DNA of 34,965 nucleotides, from the IMG/VR virus record IMGVR_UViG_3300032330_001456, positions 1-34,965 of that record; one strand, 5' to 3'. The translations under genes and the position numbers were made by a program. The notes beneath the pieces were generated by a model. The model saw nothing but the letters and a program-made list of their open reading frames with translations, did no database searches and was not told where the DNA came from. The stretch is from a virus. Taxonomy: Duplodnaviria; Caudoviricetes. Of the stretch, positions 8,118-19,400 are shown in pieces. Numbering within the stretch: the stretch's first letter is position 1; each line of letters opens with the position of its first letter.

Positions 8118-9578
8118 TTACTTAATGGTTACAATAGCTTCAACAATACCTTGTGCTGTGTCTAATTTATCTACCAGTGCGCGACCAATGGTGTTAAATG
8201 CTGTGGCTTCGCCAGGTGCTGCTGCGCGAGCAATACCATTACCAGCTGATACCAGGCGATCACCTTTGCGTACTGCACCAATGACCTGAACTGGCACACG
8301 ACCTGTCATGGCCACTGGAGGATGTGTGTCATCTTCGCCTGCGCCACCATTCATTAGATAAGCAGCACGGGTGCTGATAACACCAAACACATTCTCACTG
8401 AGAGCTTGTTTGGAGCGAGTGATTTCTTTTGCACCACCCAATTCCACAACTGTACCTGCTTCCAACACTTCATCTGCTGCGAATCGTTCTGCAACGTCAG
8501 CATACAGTGCTGTGGTTGATGTGGCAAACACACGGTTAAAGTATGAGCTGGAGCTACCAATGTTGCCCACAGCGTTGCTTCCGCCGTTGACAATGGCTGT
8601 GGCTGCACCACCTGAGTTCACAGTGATAATACCCGCAGTGCTGATATTACCACCTGCGATGTTACCAGTTGCACTCATGCCTGCCGAACTTGGCAGTGTG
8701 ACTTGACCGGTTGAACCAATGATGTTCATAACAGTAGTTGGGGAGGAGCTTACATTGACTCCAAATGTCAAGTTACCATTGTTGGTTTGATTCTGTACTG
8801 TGACTGCTGTGCCTGCTACTGTGACTTTGAAATCTGAGTTTGAACCGGCAAACAAACCACTGTTGGTCAACACACTGAGTGTGCCAGTGGTACTGGTATT
8901 GGTGTCACTGCGCATGAATTGGCTGCTGGTAAGACCGTTTAATGATTGTGTTCCAGTACTGTTACCGTTGAAGTTTTGAACTACGCCGCCAATGGCGCTG
9001 TTTAGTGTGAGACCTGGCAGAACTTGTTGTGTACCCCAGTTACCTGGAACTGAACTTCCTGGTGTAAAGGTATTGTCCTGACTGAAAATACCAACAATGT
9101 TACCTTTGGTGTACATCTCTACCACAACATGACTTTGCGCAGAGTTGTCTGTGATTGTGCTGACAATAGCACCAGTGGTGCCTGTTACATTAGAATAGGA
9201 TGGTCCAACAAGAATAAAGGATGAACCGTTGTAAACATTTAACTGTTGATTGGTGGTGTCGTACCAAAGATCACCTGTTACGTTGCTGACCGGGGCAGTT
9301 GAGCTGGCAGTGGCCGAACCAATGGTTTTCCATGTGGTGCCATTGTAGGCTTTCATGATGCCATTACCGGAATCCCACCATAGCTGTCCTGTCAATGGAG
9401 CACCAGGAGCTGTGCTATTTGATGAGTTTTCTAGTAGATGGATGTAGTTTGTGTCAAGAAACTGTCCATAACCAGCATAATTTTTACCTATCAGCACCAT
9501 CGAGCTAGATGTGTTAATAGTACCATCAGGGATTACTGCAAATATGGTACCATCGGTAAGTGTAATTGTGTATGACAT
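8118..9578 (-). CDS. Tail fibre protein with C-terminal intramolecular chaperone/autocleavage domain (Peptidase_G2-like)
   Basis: N-terminal GKNYAGYG...LLEN...GQLWWD and GDLWYD repeats; Gly/Ser/Thr beta-rich shaft; C-terminal YADVAERF...GVIS...AMTGRVPV...KGDRLV...IGRAL. GGAG SD upstream. Confidence 0.8.
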   Translation of the reverse strand: MSYTITLTDGTIFAVIPDGTINTSSSMVLIGKNYAGYGQFLDTNYIHLLENSSNSTAPGAPLTGQLWWDSGNGIMKAYNGTTWKTIGSATASSTAPVSNVTGDLWYDTTNQQLNVYNGSSFILVGPSYSNVTGTTGAIVSTITDNSAQSHVVVEMYTKGNIVGIFSQDNTFTPGSSVPGNWGTQQVLPGLTLNSAIGGVVQNFNGNSTGTQSLNGLTSSQFMRSDTNTSTTGTLSVLTNSGLFAGSNSDFKVTVAGTAVTVQNQTNNGNLTFGVNVSSSPTTVMNIIGSTGQVTLPSSAGMSATGNIAGGNISTAGIITVNSGGAATAIVNGGSNAVGNIGSSSSYFNRVFATSTTALYADVAERFAADEVLEAGTVVELGGAKEITRSKQALSENVFGVISTRAAYLMNGGAGEDDTHPPVAMTGRVPVQVIGAVRKGDRLVSAGNGIARAAAPGEATAFNTIGRALVDKLDTAQGIVEAIVTIK

Positions 9579-9601
9579 ATTGTTTTACTCCGTCCTATTC
9601 T

Positions 9602-9632
9602 TATTTATGGAACAGTAATGTATCCATATTTA
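9602..9632 (-). promoter_or_regulatory. Two late-promoter-like CATAAATA motifs
   Basis: TAAATA cores at 9632-9627 and 9607-9602, upstream of the fibre gene. Resembles the T4 late promoter TATAAATA. Confidence 0.55.
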
Positions 9633-10250
9633 TGCAGTGCTGAGGTTAGTAAGAGTCTGTATGCGCAGAGTGTAATCAATTTGAATCTGGCGGTTCAAAC
9701 TCTTTTGTACTGGGTGAAAAATCACGTGAGTGATCAGTCTCAAATCTGTGGTTGATCCACTTACACATTTGAGTCCTAATTCATCAAAAACATACTCGCC
9801 ATTGAAATTAGTTGAGTTGTCAAAGGCCTGTTGTCCTGCGGGCTCACCGTAATCTAGCAAGCAAGTAACCAAAATATCAGTGTACACATTACCGTTGGTG
9901 TGTAACACAGTCATTTTGTTGTTGAGTGGGTCAATATCAGCTGCTGAGTTATCGTCAACAACCTTAGCGTAAGTTTCATTGTAAAGATCTGCATTTTGAC
10001 CAGTAGTATTAGGTGGCAAATAGGTTATAACGCCAGTGGGGTCTACACTGGATCCACCATTACCAAATGCCATTTGATAGATCCAACCACCGCCCTGCGC
10101 TAATGTGCGATTACTTAGAGCTTGTGCCATGGCAATGCTGATATTTTCATAGTGAATTGCATTCTTTTTGTCTAACAACACTTCACCTGAATTTGGATCG
10201 TGGATTTTAACAAAGCCTTGAATTTGAGCCATACCCGGGGTAATAATCAT
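9630..10250 (-). CDS. Virion structural protein (baseplate/tail-collar-like)
   Basis: 206 aa. MAFGNGG and FDELGLK...LITHVIFHPVQKSLNRQIQIDYTLRI resemble fibre-attachment/collar domains. Lies between the wedge and fibre genes. Confidence 0.65.
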   Translation of the reverse strand: MIITPGMAQIQGFVKIHDPNSGEVLLDKKNAIHYENISIAMAQALSNRTLAQGGGWIYQMAFGNGGSSVDPTGVITYLPPNTTGQNADLYNETYAKVVDDNSAADIDPLNNKMTVLHTNGNVYTDILVTCLLDYGEPAGQQAFDNSTNFNGEYVFDELGLKCVSGSTTDLRLITHVIFHPVQKSLNRQIQIDYTLRIQTLTNLSTA

Positions 10251-10399
10251 GCGCGTTTCTCCACAAAAGTTTCTTTGGTAGCAGGATCAAAAATACGCAC
10301 ATGTGCTTCCACTGATATAGCACCAGTTTCATTGGGTCTTTTGGGTGTAGGAGTAGCAGCTTTATTTGTTTCAGCTGATTTTTGAATGTTTTGTGTCAT
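10247..10399 (-). CDS. Small 50-aa protein absent from the ORF track
   Basis: MTQNIQKSAETNKAATPTPKRPNETGAISVEAHVRIFDPATKETFVEKRA. ATGA overlap with the next gene, TAAATA 5 nt upstream, and it fills the intergenic gap. Confidence 0.8.
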   Translation of the reverse strand: MTQNIQKSAETNKAATPTPKRPNETGAISVEAHVRIFDPATKETFVEKRA

Positions 10400-10404
10400 A
10401 TCAT

Positions 10405-10410
10405 TATTTA
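10405..10410 (-). promoter_or_regulatory. Late-promoter-like TAAATA
   Basis: GGTAAATAatgatATG: the motif ends 5 nt before the start codon at 10399. Confidence 0.5.
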
Positions 10411-10417
10411 CCATAGC

Positions 10418-13400
10418 TCAAAGCCCCCGTAAGAACCTGGCTGGGATTGTTTCGGTTATTTGCAAAGGTTGCCCATTGCTGGGTGTGCCCACACCAGGCT
10501 CATACCAGCTGCTGAGTCCTTGACGTACCAATATAGTAACTTCAACACCCGAAGGTGGTGCAGTTACAAACTGTACAGTTACTGGGTTATCACCAGTGAT
10601 GCTGTAACCTGTGCTAGTTAGGATACCACCCACATACACTTCCACAGCTTCTTCTACAGTGGTGCTGTCATCGTAAGCCAGTTCAAGGTTGGAAGCAACA
10701 AATAGGGTTTGACTGCCGTCAGCTAGGAATGTGTTATACACAACGGTATTTTGATAGGCTGCAGGTAGTAAATTGCCACGACCCATGTCATAAACTTCTG
10801 CGCCCACAGGATGCTGTGCGGCCGCTGTACCTGCTGTGCCGCGCAACAGGCTGCTGATGGTGTTAGTATTGACATCTCGCACACGATACATGATGCGTTC
10901 ACCCTCAATCATTACTATGCCCCAGATGTTGGCCTCGGGTCTAGGCTCACTGAGAGCAGCAGCATTGGTGACATGAATTACATCATCATATTGTTCCACT
11001 GCCTGCGACACCGTGGTTGTAGTTGCAGGTGTCATACGATACACTGCCTGTACTCCACGCATGTCTTGGAAGATCCGGAACGCCATGGCATCAGGTACTA
11101 TGCTATCGGTAAATTCTGTGATCATGACAACGTCGGTGCTGTTGAGTAATGCAGGTAGAACCAATTCATAGCCATTGATCAAATAACCTTCACCGTAGAA
11201 AAGACGGTTGCCGTTCAAAGTAACCCACAGTCTGTTGGGATCCGCAACCAATCTTTCCAGTATGAGGTTGTTTGCACCATTGTAGGGTCCAACAATGACC
11301 TGTGTCAAGATGTTTTGTTGGCGTGTGTCGTTCCAAGTAGTTACACAGACACAATCACCAGGTGCAGGTTCACTGCCAGAATTAAATGTAAGTTGATCAC
11401 CATTTACATAACAATCAGTACCTGCATCCACACAGACTAAAATTCTTGCTCCAACTGCAGGAGGTACAGAGAAGTCAATCGACCGAGGTAGGCCCACTAC
11501 ATAGGGTTCTACAATAAAGTCCACATTGAGTTGCTGTGGAATATCGTTCACATACACATGAACCTGATTATCTGCAATCAAACCTTGACTAAAGCCCAGG
11601 CGTTCCGGCAACAAGTAACCCACACTGCCATCTGCATAGTATTCGGCACCAGCCGAAGTTCTAGCACGCACACCATTCACAGTGACCACTAGGTTGTCTG
11701 GGTTGGTGTATTCCAAACTATTGGTAAGTGTGTAGGTCAACGAACCATCTGAGGTAATAATCTGTGTTTGTGCTGTGCTCCAACCATAGTCAGTTGTGAC
11801 ACTGTTGACTGTGGTCAGGCCAATTGCGGTCAAACTAATAAAGTCTGTAGCAGCAAATGTCACATTAAAGGTTACTTCTGTTAAATTGTAACCCGATGCT
11901 GCGTATGTGAAATTAGTAAAATTATCACCGTTGACAAATACAGCAATCTGAGATATTTCTGAATAGCTCACTGGAATAATCACTGACCCGGAGATATCTG
12001 CGCCTGTGTAGTTTTCACGCTGTAGTTGGTTACCACCACCTATGCTATACACTGTGATATTGATGGCATCACCATTGCTGGCATTGTTGATAACTGTGAT
12101 AGTTTGCGCTGCCCAATCCACAGTGTAATCTACATCGCGACACAGATCTATACCAGTGGTTTCGTTGCTGACCACAATGTTTACAGGATAAGGCACTTGA
12201 TTGGCCCAACTAAATGTGGGTCCACCGGTTAGGTACTCAAATCCCACCAGTGATTCGGCAAAGCCATGTCCTGCACCAGTCCAGTCAGCACCAGGGCGTG
12301 TGAACACTTTGAAGTCCATGGTATCAAATTCACTGCCTGGAATCAATTCTTCTGGTGCATAGCTGCTGAATACATCAATATAACCGCCACCATCCACATT
12401 AATGTCTGTGGGTCTGGTGCCAAGGTAGATGTCAAGATAGGAACTGCTGTAAGTTGCATCTAGAATACCGGGATCATAAGTGGGCAGGCCGTTTTCATCG
12501 TAGGCAATATTATCAAATGGATTGATATCAAAGTTGCCTACATCAAATCCTGTGTTCTGACCGTATGTTGGTGCCGAAACTTGTACACCGGGATATTCCA
12601 CACCATCAATCAATAGTGGCAAGCTCAAACCAGGTTCGTTAGGCGTAGGCAGATAAAATCCCATGGTACGGTCTACACCACTGAGTGTACTGGCAGCTAC
12701 CAACAACCATTGTTCAGGATTAAATGTAGAACTTTCCACAGCAGTACTGTCACTGGAATTGGCGCTCCAAACTCGATCATCGTAGCGAACCTGGGTGCCA
12801 TTGTCATAACTGACATTGGGCTGCCAATCCACAATAGTGGTTTGATACTGATAGCGGTCGTATTTGATTGTGGTCTTAAACTGACGAATCAAATTGTTGC
12901 CCATGACCGCAGCAGCTCTTGCACCTGCACCACTACCACCCACAAATGTTATTGTAGCAGTTTCGCTGTAGCCCACGCCGGGATCAACAATGGTCACACT
13001 GGCCACTTGACCTGCGCTGTTGACGTTGGGTACCAGTACCGCTGGCGACACACAGGTGCCTGTGACTTCAATTATAGGTGCAGCACCTAAATATCCCACA
13101 CCACCGTCGATCATGTTGACATCTTCAACAGTTAATAGATAATTGTTATACCAGTATGTGTATGGTAACTGTGTCCAGAGATTGCTGTCTGCTGGTGTGT
13201 CGCTGTTGGTATTGGCAGTTCCGGTGCCAATGGCTGTGCTGTGAGTGTAGGGCAATAGCACTGGACTGACATACTGAGGTAACTCTAGTGCAGTGTCATA
13301 GTAGGCTGGTAGATCAAAGTCAGTGATAGATCCAGCATAGTCATCTTCACCATTGTACACCAAGTGGAATTCTTTGATCTGCACATGATATGGTTTGACT

Positions 13401-16400
13401 TCAGTGATGTAATCCAACACAAAAGTCTGATTGTCCTGGCGATACACTTGGAATGGAATCAATCCACGAATCTTATGTGCCACATCAATCAAACTGGTCT
13501 TGGTCAACCACTCGGGTGCTTGTGTTTCGCTAAGAATAAATTGGAACATCAGGATCAGCTGGCGGTTGCGTTCTATGGCCAAGTCATCAATAAACAATTG
13601 TTCATTAATGGCTTGAATAATCCGGCGTGTTTCAATCACAGGTTCTTGATCAAAGTACTGTGTGTCAAAAGCTTCGCGATCAAATCCATAACGACCCACC
13701 GAGTAATTCCAGATTGACTCGCTGATTTGTATGGTGCCGTCTTCCAAGGCCACACGCTGCCAACCCACATTGGTCAGCAAGTAAATTTCATATTTGCCTT
13801 GACCGTTAGCCGTTACTTTGACGCTGGAACCCACTGGCACATCCAAGGTAGCAAGACTTGCATAGTTTGGAACCTGGGTGATGGGCTTTTGACTTTGGTT
13901 ATATCCAGGCAAGTACCAAGTTACATGATACCAATAGTTGCGTGTGTCATAATTTTGTATGCGCACCAATTCGGTGTAGCGCACAGAATTAACTTGTTCC
14001 ACACTGTAAATGGTCCATAAACCATCTTGACTGCTGTCGCTTACAACCAAATAGGTATACCCAATAGGTACAGCGTAGAGATTTTGGAAACTAAGTTCTT
14101 CCAGGTTGGCTACTCGCAAGTCCCATTCACCACTGGCTGCAGTGGGTTCTGGCTCTCTAGAGTTTAACAATGCCAGACTACGATTTTCTACCATAGGATA
14201 CTGCAAGAAGATTGTGTTGGCTCGCTGTAAGTAGTTCTGCAGAGCCATGAATCGGTCAACAAACATGCTCTGTCTTGGTCGGAATTGTACACCAATGCGC
14301 TCTGCTGGACTGAGATTTGGATCTGGAACCACAGCACCGGCTGTGTCCACACCGCAGAAGCTGTCTTGTAGTTTTCTGTACAAGTTACTGCTCAAGAAAC
14401 TGTCAGCAACATCTTGCCCAATCAATTCAAACTCTTGATGGATGTTGTTTATGGTTGCCTGCTGCTCATAATCAATGTGCAAGATGGTATCTTGTGCGCT
14501 GATATAAGGCAGGCCATTGTATATGGCCACAGTGCTGGCGTTGAGGAAGGCCACATAAGGTATACCACTGCTTCTGGGTTCTTCGATATATCTAGCAATA
14601 CCAGTGGTGCTGAGTGTTTTACCTAGAGTGGTTTGTACTGTGGTAATGTCCTTGGCCCAGAAGTAGTAGAATGTGTTGATAATACCATTGCTGTCTAGGC
14701 CGGAAAGTTGGGTGTAGGAAACAGTGTCACGAGGAACGCCAGGTCCGGTGTAGGCGCCGGGTGGTACTGTGCTCTGCACCCACTGATAAACTTCAACTAC
14801 ACTGCCAGGGAATACCTGTCCCCAACGTCTTGCAGCGTAGGCTAGATTGTCTTGATTGGGATCAATAAAGCGCACACTGTTGGTGTCCCACCAAATCTGA
14901 CCCAGATTGGCTTCGCCCCAGAAGTTACCATTGTTGTTAACAAGCCCAGAGTTGTATTGTGCAGGATCCACCGCACCAATGTAATTGATATTTTGTCTGG
15001 CAGCACCAAGGATTTTGCCCTGCAAGGGATCAAACCAGTCAAAGAATTCTGTGGCTGAACTCTGCAGACGATCAAACATGAACACCGAATTGATCAGATA
15101 AACATCTACCACTGGTTGCTGTACATGGATTGGAGTCCAGGCCGGACGCAGTGTGGGATTGTCAAAGCTGGCCACACGACCATAGTTGAGACTGCTGTCA
15201 CCCAGATCACTGCCAGGCGCACCTACAAGTAGTCTGCCACTGGTGTAATTGACTGCAGCACCCCACTGGTCGCCCGGAACCATGGCGTTGTCATAAACTT
15301 CTTGACCAAACACAAACTTACCTGGATTTGACACACTGCTGTTGGCACTGGGTAGATAATCATATGTGTAAACAGCACCGCCTTCAACAATGTATTTGAA
15401 GAAGTTTGTGCTGTGTGCGTCAAAATAAGTGGTTCCATTGTCGAATGTGGTAGGTATTGCAGTAGTACCACCTGGTGCTCCCACTACTAATGTTAGTGCG
15501 CTTGAATCAATATTGAGACTTTGACCAAAGTAGGCAAAATCCACAGGATTAGGACTCACTATGTTTTGAGCAAATGTATAGGGTTCAAAGCCTAGGTCAG
15601 CAAAGGCTGTGCCGGACACTCCCGGTAACACACTGAGTCTATTAAATTCATCTGCTGCTGCTAGATTGATCACACTGATAGTCAAGTATCCGTTGCTGAC
15701 TGTGGCAGTTACGTTGGGTACTCCGGCTGCAATGATAGCAGCGGCTAAACCATCCACAGTGTTGTCTGGAGCATTGGGAACTGTGACTGGTGTGTTGTTA
15801 ACAAGAATGGTATTGCCTGCAGTCAAACTGGGATTGGCAATGGTAGATGTAATCACACCATACAGTCGAGCTTGATTGGTTCTGCGATCCACCGAGCCTG
15901 CATCGGGCAACACAGAACTATCCAAGGGTGAACTTGCGTACACGCTGCAATTGGTTGGGCATACATTGATCACAGTTCCAAATCCTGCTGACTGAGTTGG
16001 TGACCCAGCAGCAAACTTTTGTACCTGACGGAATATATTGCTTTCAATTTCAAGAATGTCGCCTACAGCCAACATTAATGAACTCGACAGCACCACATTG
16101 TTACCCACCACACTAAACATGCCGTCCATGAATTGTGCGCTGTTGACCAAGAATTCGTTGTTTAACAACACCGACACTGGTTCTTGCCAACCCGCTGGTA
16201 ATGCGTAAGTCAATGTAGTAGGATCGCTCACAATGTAACGAATCACACTGCGATCAAATGCATACACTGCACCGCTGTTGGCATAGTTGGTGGTATCGTC
16301 GTTGGGTGCGCCAATTAGGATTTGTCGACCATCAGTGGTTGTGCTTACACTGGCGCCAAATCTGGCTGTGCTGCTTAATCCTGATACTGTGATAGCTTCC

Positions 16401-19400
16401 ACATACTGGAAATAACTCAATGCAGTTACAACAATGATTGCTCCTGCAGCAGGCACTGTGTTGAACACAATCTCATCTGCATACAAGGCGCTGTCTGTGT
16501 TGAAACTGTAGTCCTGAAATGGTCTCTGTAGTGCTCCATTTACAGTAACCGAGAATGAGAATATGTCGCTGATGGTAGCCAAGTAAGGGGTAATAGTGAA
16601 GATACTGGTATTACTGATACCAACACCTGCAGTAGTGAACCCAGTGATTGCACCACCATCAACTGCGGTCACAGTTATAACCAGGTTATTAGCAGGGGTT
16701 ACGCCCCCTATGTTTACACCGTAGATAGTGACAGTATTACCATTGGCATAACCTGTGCCACCGTTGACCAGGGTTGTGGTATACACACCACGAAGATTTG
16801 TCACTGTAAACTTGGCACCACTTCCTCCGCCCGAAGTGGCATCTTGCGAGATTGAATAATAGGTGTTTTTATCCAGCTGGTACGATGTTCTACGTCTAAT
16901 CAAAATTGTTAAGGATTGTACCGGTGCAGTTGTAAACACAACGTTGGTGGTTGTGGTGCTATAATCTACTCCATATACCTGCACCACATTGTTGACAACC
17001 ACAGTCAATTGTTCGCCATTGGTGACAGCAATAGAATCCGAAAAGTTGTAAGACACAGTAGATCCATCGCCCACATAGGTCACATATTGATTTTCGTCAA
17101 TGTCCACACGACCATAGGCGTACACAGTATTATGACCAGGAGATCCAATGTACATCCAACGTTCATCTTGACTGATGGTTACATCATAACCAAATTCGCC
17201 ACCGCTGAAATTTTGATCCGGTGCTACCAGTAACTGTCTTTGATCGAATACGTTGCTTTGTGCTGGCCGATAGATAACTGCTGCATAACCTTGACTGCTA
17301 TTGCTGGCGCTGGCTCCAGCCACAGACCAGGTATTGGTACCAATTTTAACTGCGTTACCATACCCAGCGGCACCGGTGGTGCCCAATGTCAATATGTTTG
17401 TTTCGATATACTGATTGTTTTGATCACGCAACCATGTATAAACAGCACCAGCAGCACCATTGGTAGGTGAACCAATTAGTGCCGATATGTTGTTTTGACC
17501 TTGTGTTATTGCAGATCCAAAGCCGCTGTTGGCCACTGGTACTATGGCACTCAACACCGCACCTTCCACAAACGGCGCTTGCTTTTCTAAAACTTCCCAG
17601 TGTCCAGATCCATTGTTATCAACCCAGACTCTAGCACCGGGTACCAGACTCTTAGCATAAGGTAGGTTGATCACGTCGCTGGCCTGCGATACACGTTGTG
17701 TCTGTAAGAAGTAGGCCAGACCTTGGTCTACCACTATGGTGTTGGTAAATGTTAGATCAATGGTAATTGTGTTGATAGATGGCACAGCTAATACTCGGTA
17801 TACACCATCTACTTGAGTATCCACATACTTTAGTATAACCACAGCTCCAACTGAGAGATTGTGTGTTTGACTGAATACTACACTGCTGGTACCATTGAGA
17901 TTGCTGGTCACTGATTCAACACGACCCGGTACTGGACTGCAGCGATAGATACCCCAATCATAATCGTTGATCTTGGCTGCCCATATTGTGGTACCTATGC
18001 CCACAGTCTCCAATGTGGCGGCATCAAGATTCAAGTTGCTGGCCAAATTAAACACAGTGATGTCTACATCATCTATGTTCACATAACCTGCAGTGGGCAA
18101 GGCTGTGTCTGTGATCTCGGGATAGATTGTGGTGAAGATATCTGGCGACGACAGTGGTAGGCTGGTACGCCATACCTTGCTGTATAATACAGTCTGGTCT
18201 GCTAAACTAGTTTGAGCAGGCTCAATTACCTGATATATTGAAGGATTTGCTCTTAGCAATGCTTGATTTAATTGGAATTCAATAAAACTCTTGTTGGCAT
18301 TAGCACCATAGGTGGCTTGCAGTATTGCCCAATTTTCTCTCACATAGTATTCGGCAACTTCCTTGCCAAGATTGGCATTGCCAAATAAGTCAACACTGAG
18401 TATGGTGCCTTTGTCTTTGATAAACTGCTGGTACACATTGACCTGGCTAGTGTCGCTAAGATCCAGTGCACTCATGTACTGTCTAGGTCTAAATCCAATC
18501 AAGCCATATGCGAAAAGATTTTGATCTACTGCAAAGTTGGCATTGTTTGTGTCGTAACTGTTGGCTAACTCATTGCTCTTGTTGGGTAAGTTGGCCAACA
18601 ATCCACCTTGAATAGCAGTGTAATCGCTCTTGACCCACTGTGAGCTATTGAATTCTGCTGTGGGTTGTACAATATCTTGTGCGCTCCAATAGTTTCTCTT
18701 ATAGAGAACAATTTCGCCTTTGGTGTATTTTTTATTTGGCTGCCACTCTTGAATGGTGCTAAGGTTGTTAAGTATAAATCCTTGCGCATCCAGTTGACCA
18801 TTCCATTCGGCGCTGACTGTGGCGCGAACATAGATTCTACCCTGACGCGCACTGGTAGCAGGATTGTAAATCAAGTCATTGAATATACTGACATTGTCCA
18901 AGACCACCATAGTCTCGTAACTGGTAAATTTAACATCCAGGAAAGAAATAATCTGATTGGTCACTGTGCGCACACTGAAGTCATTGCCCAAGCGTGTGAT
19001 AACCAAGTCACGAGCAGGAATCACCTGACGATTCTGGTCTAACACCAAACTCTCTGGCGTCATGACCACCACTGAATCCACAATGCTTTGAGGACGGCTA
19101 ACACTGAGTATGGCTGCAGCAGGATTCAAACAGATAATGGCACCATCACCCCAGCCTTGGTTGTCCCAGTACAAGAACTCTTGTGCCATTTGATTCCAAT
19201 TTAGTACATAACCATTTTCCACACCATCAAACATGAGTCCTTGGCTGGCCAACAGTGCACCATAACTCAACAAGAAATCCACAACCATGGTGGCATTGGC
19301 AAACACATAACCGTAAGGTATCTGAGCCACATTCTTGGTGTACTCTATGGGTACCAACACACTTGATCCACCTGCTTCAATGCGTTGTTTTTTGCCACTG

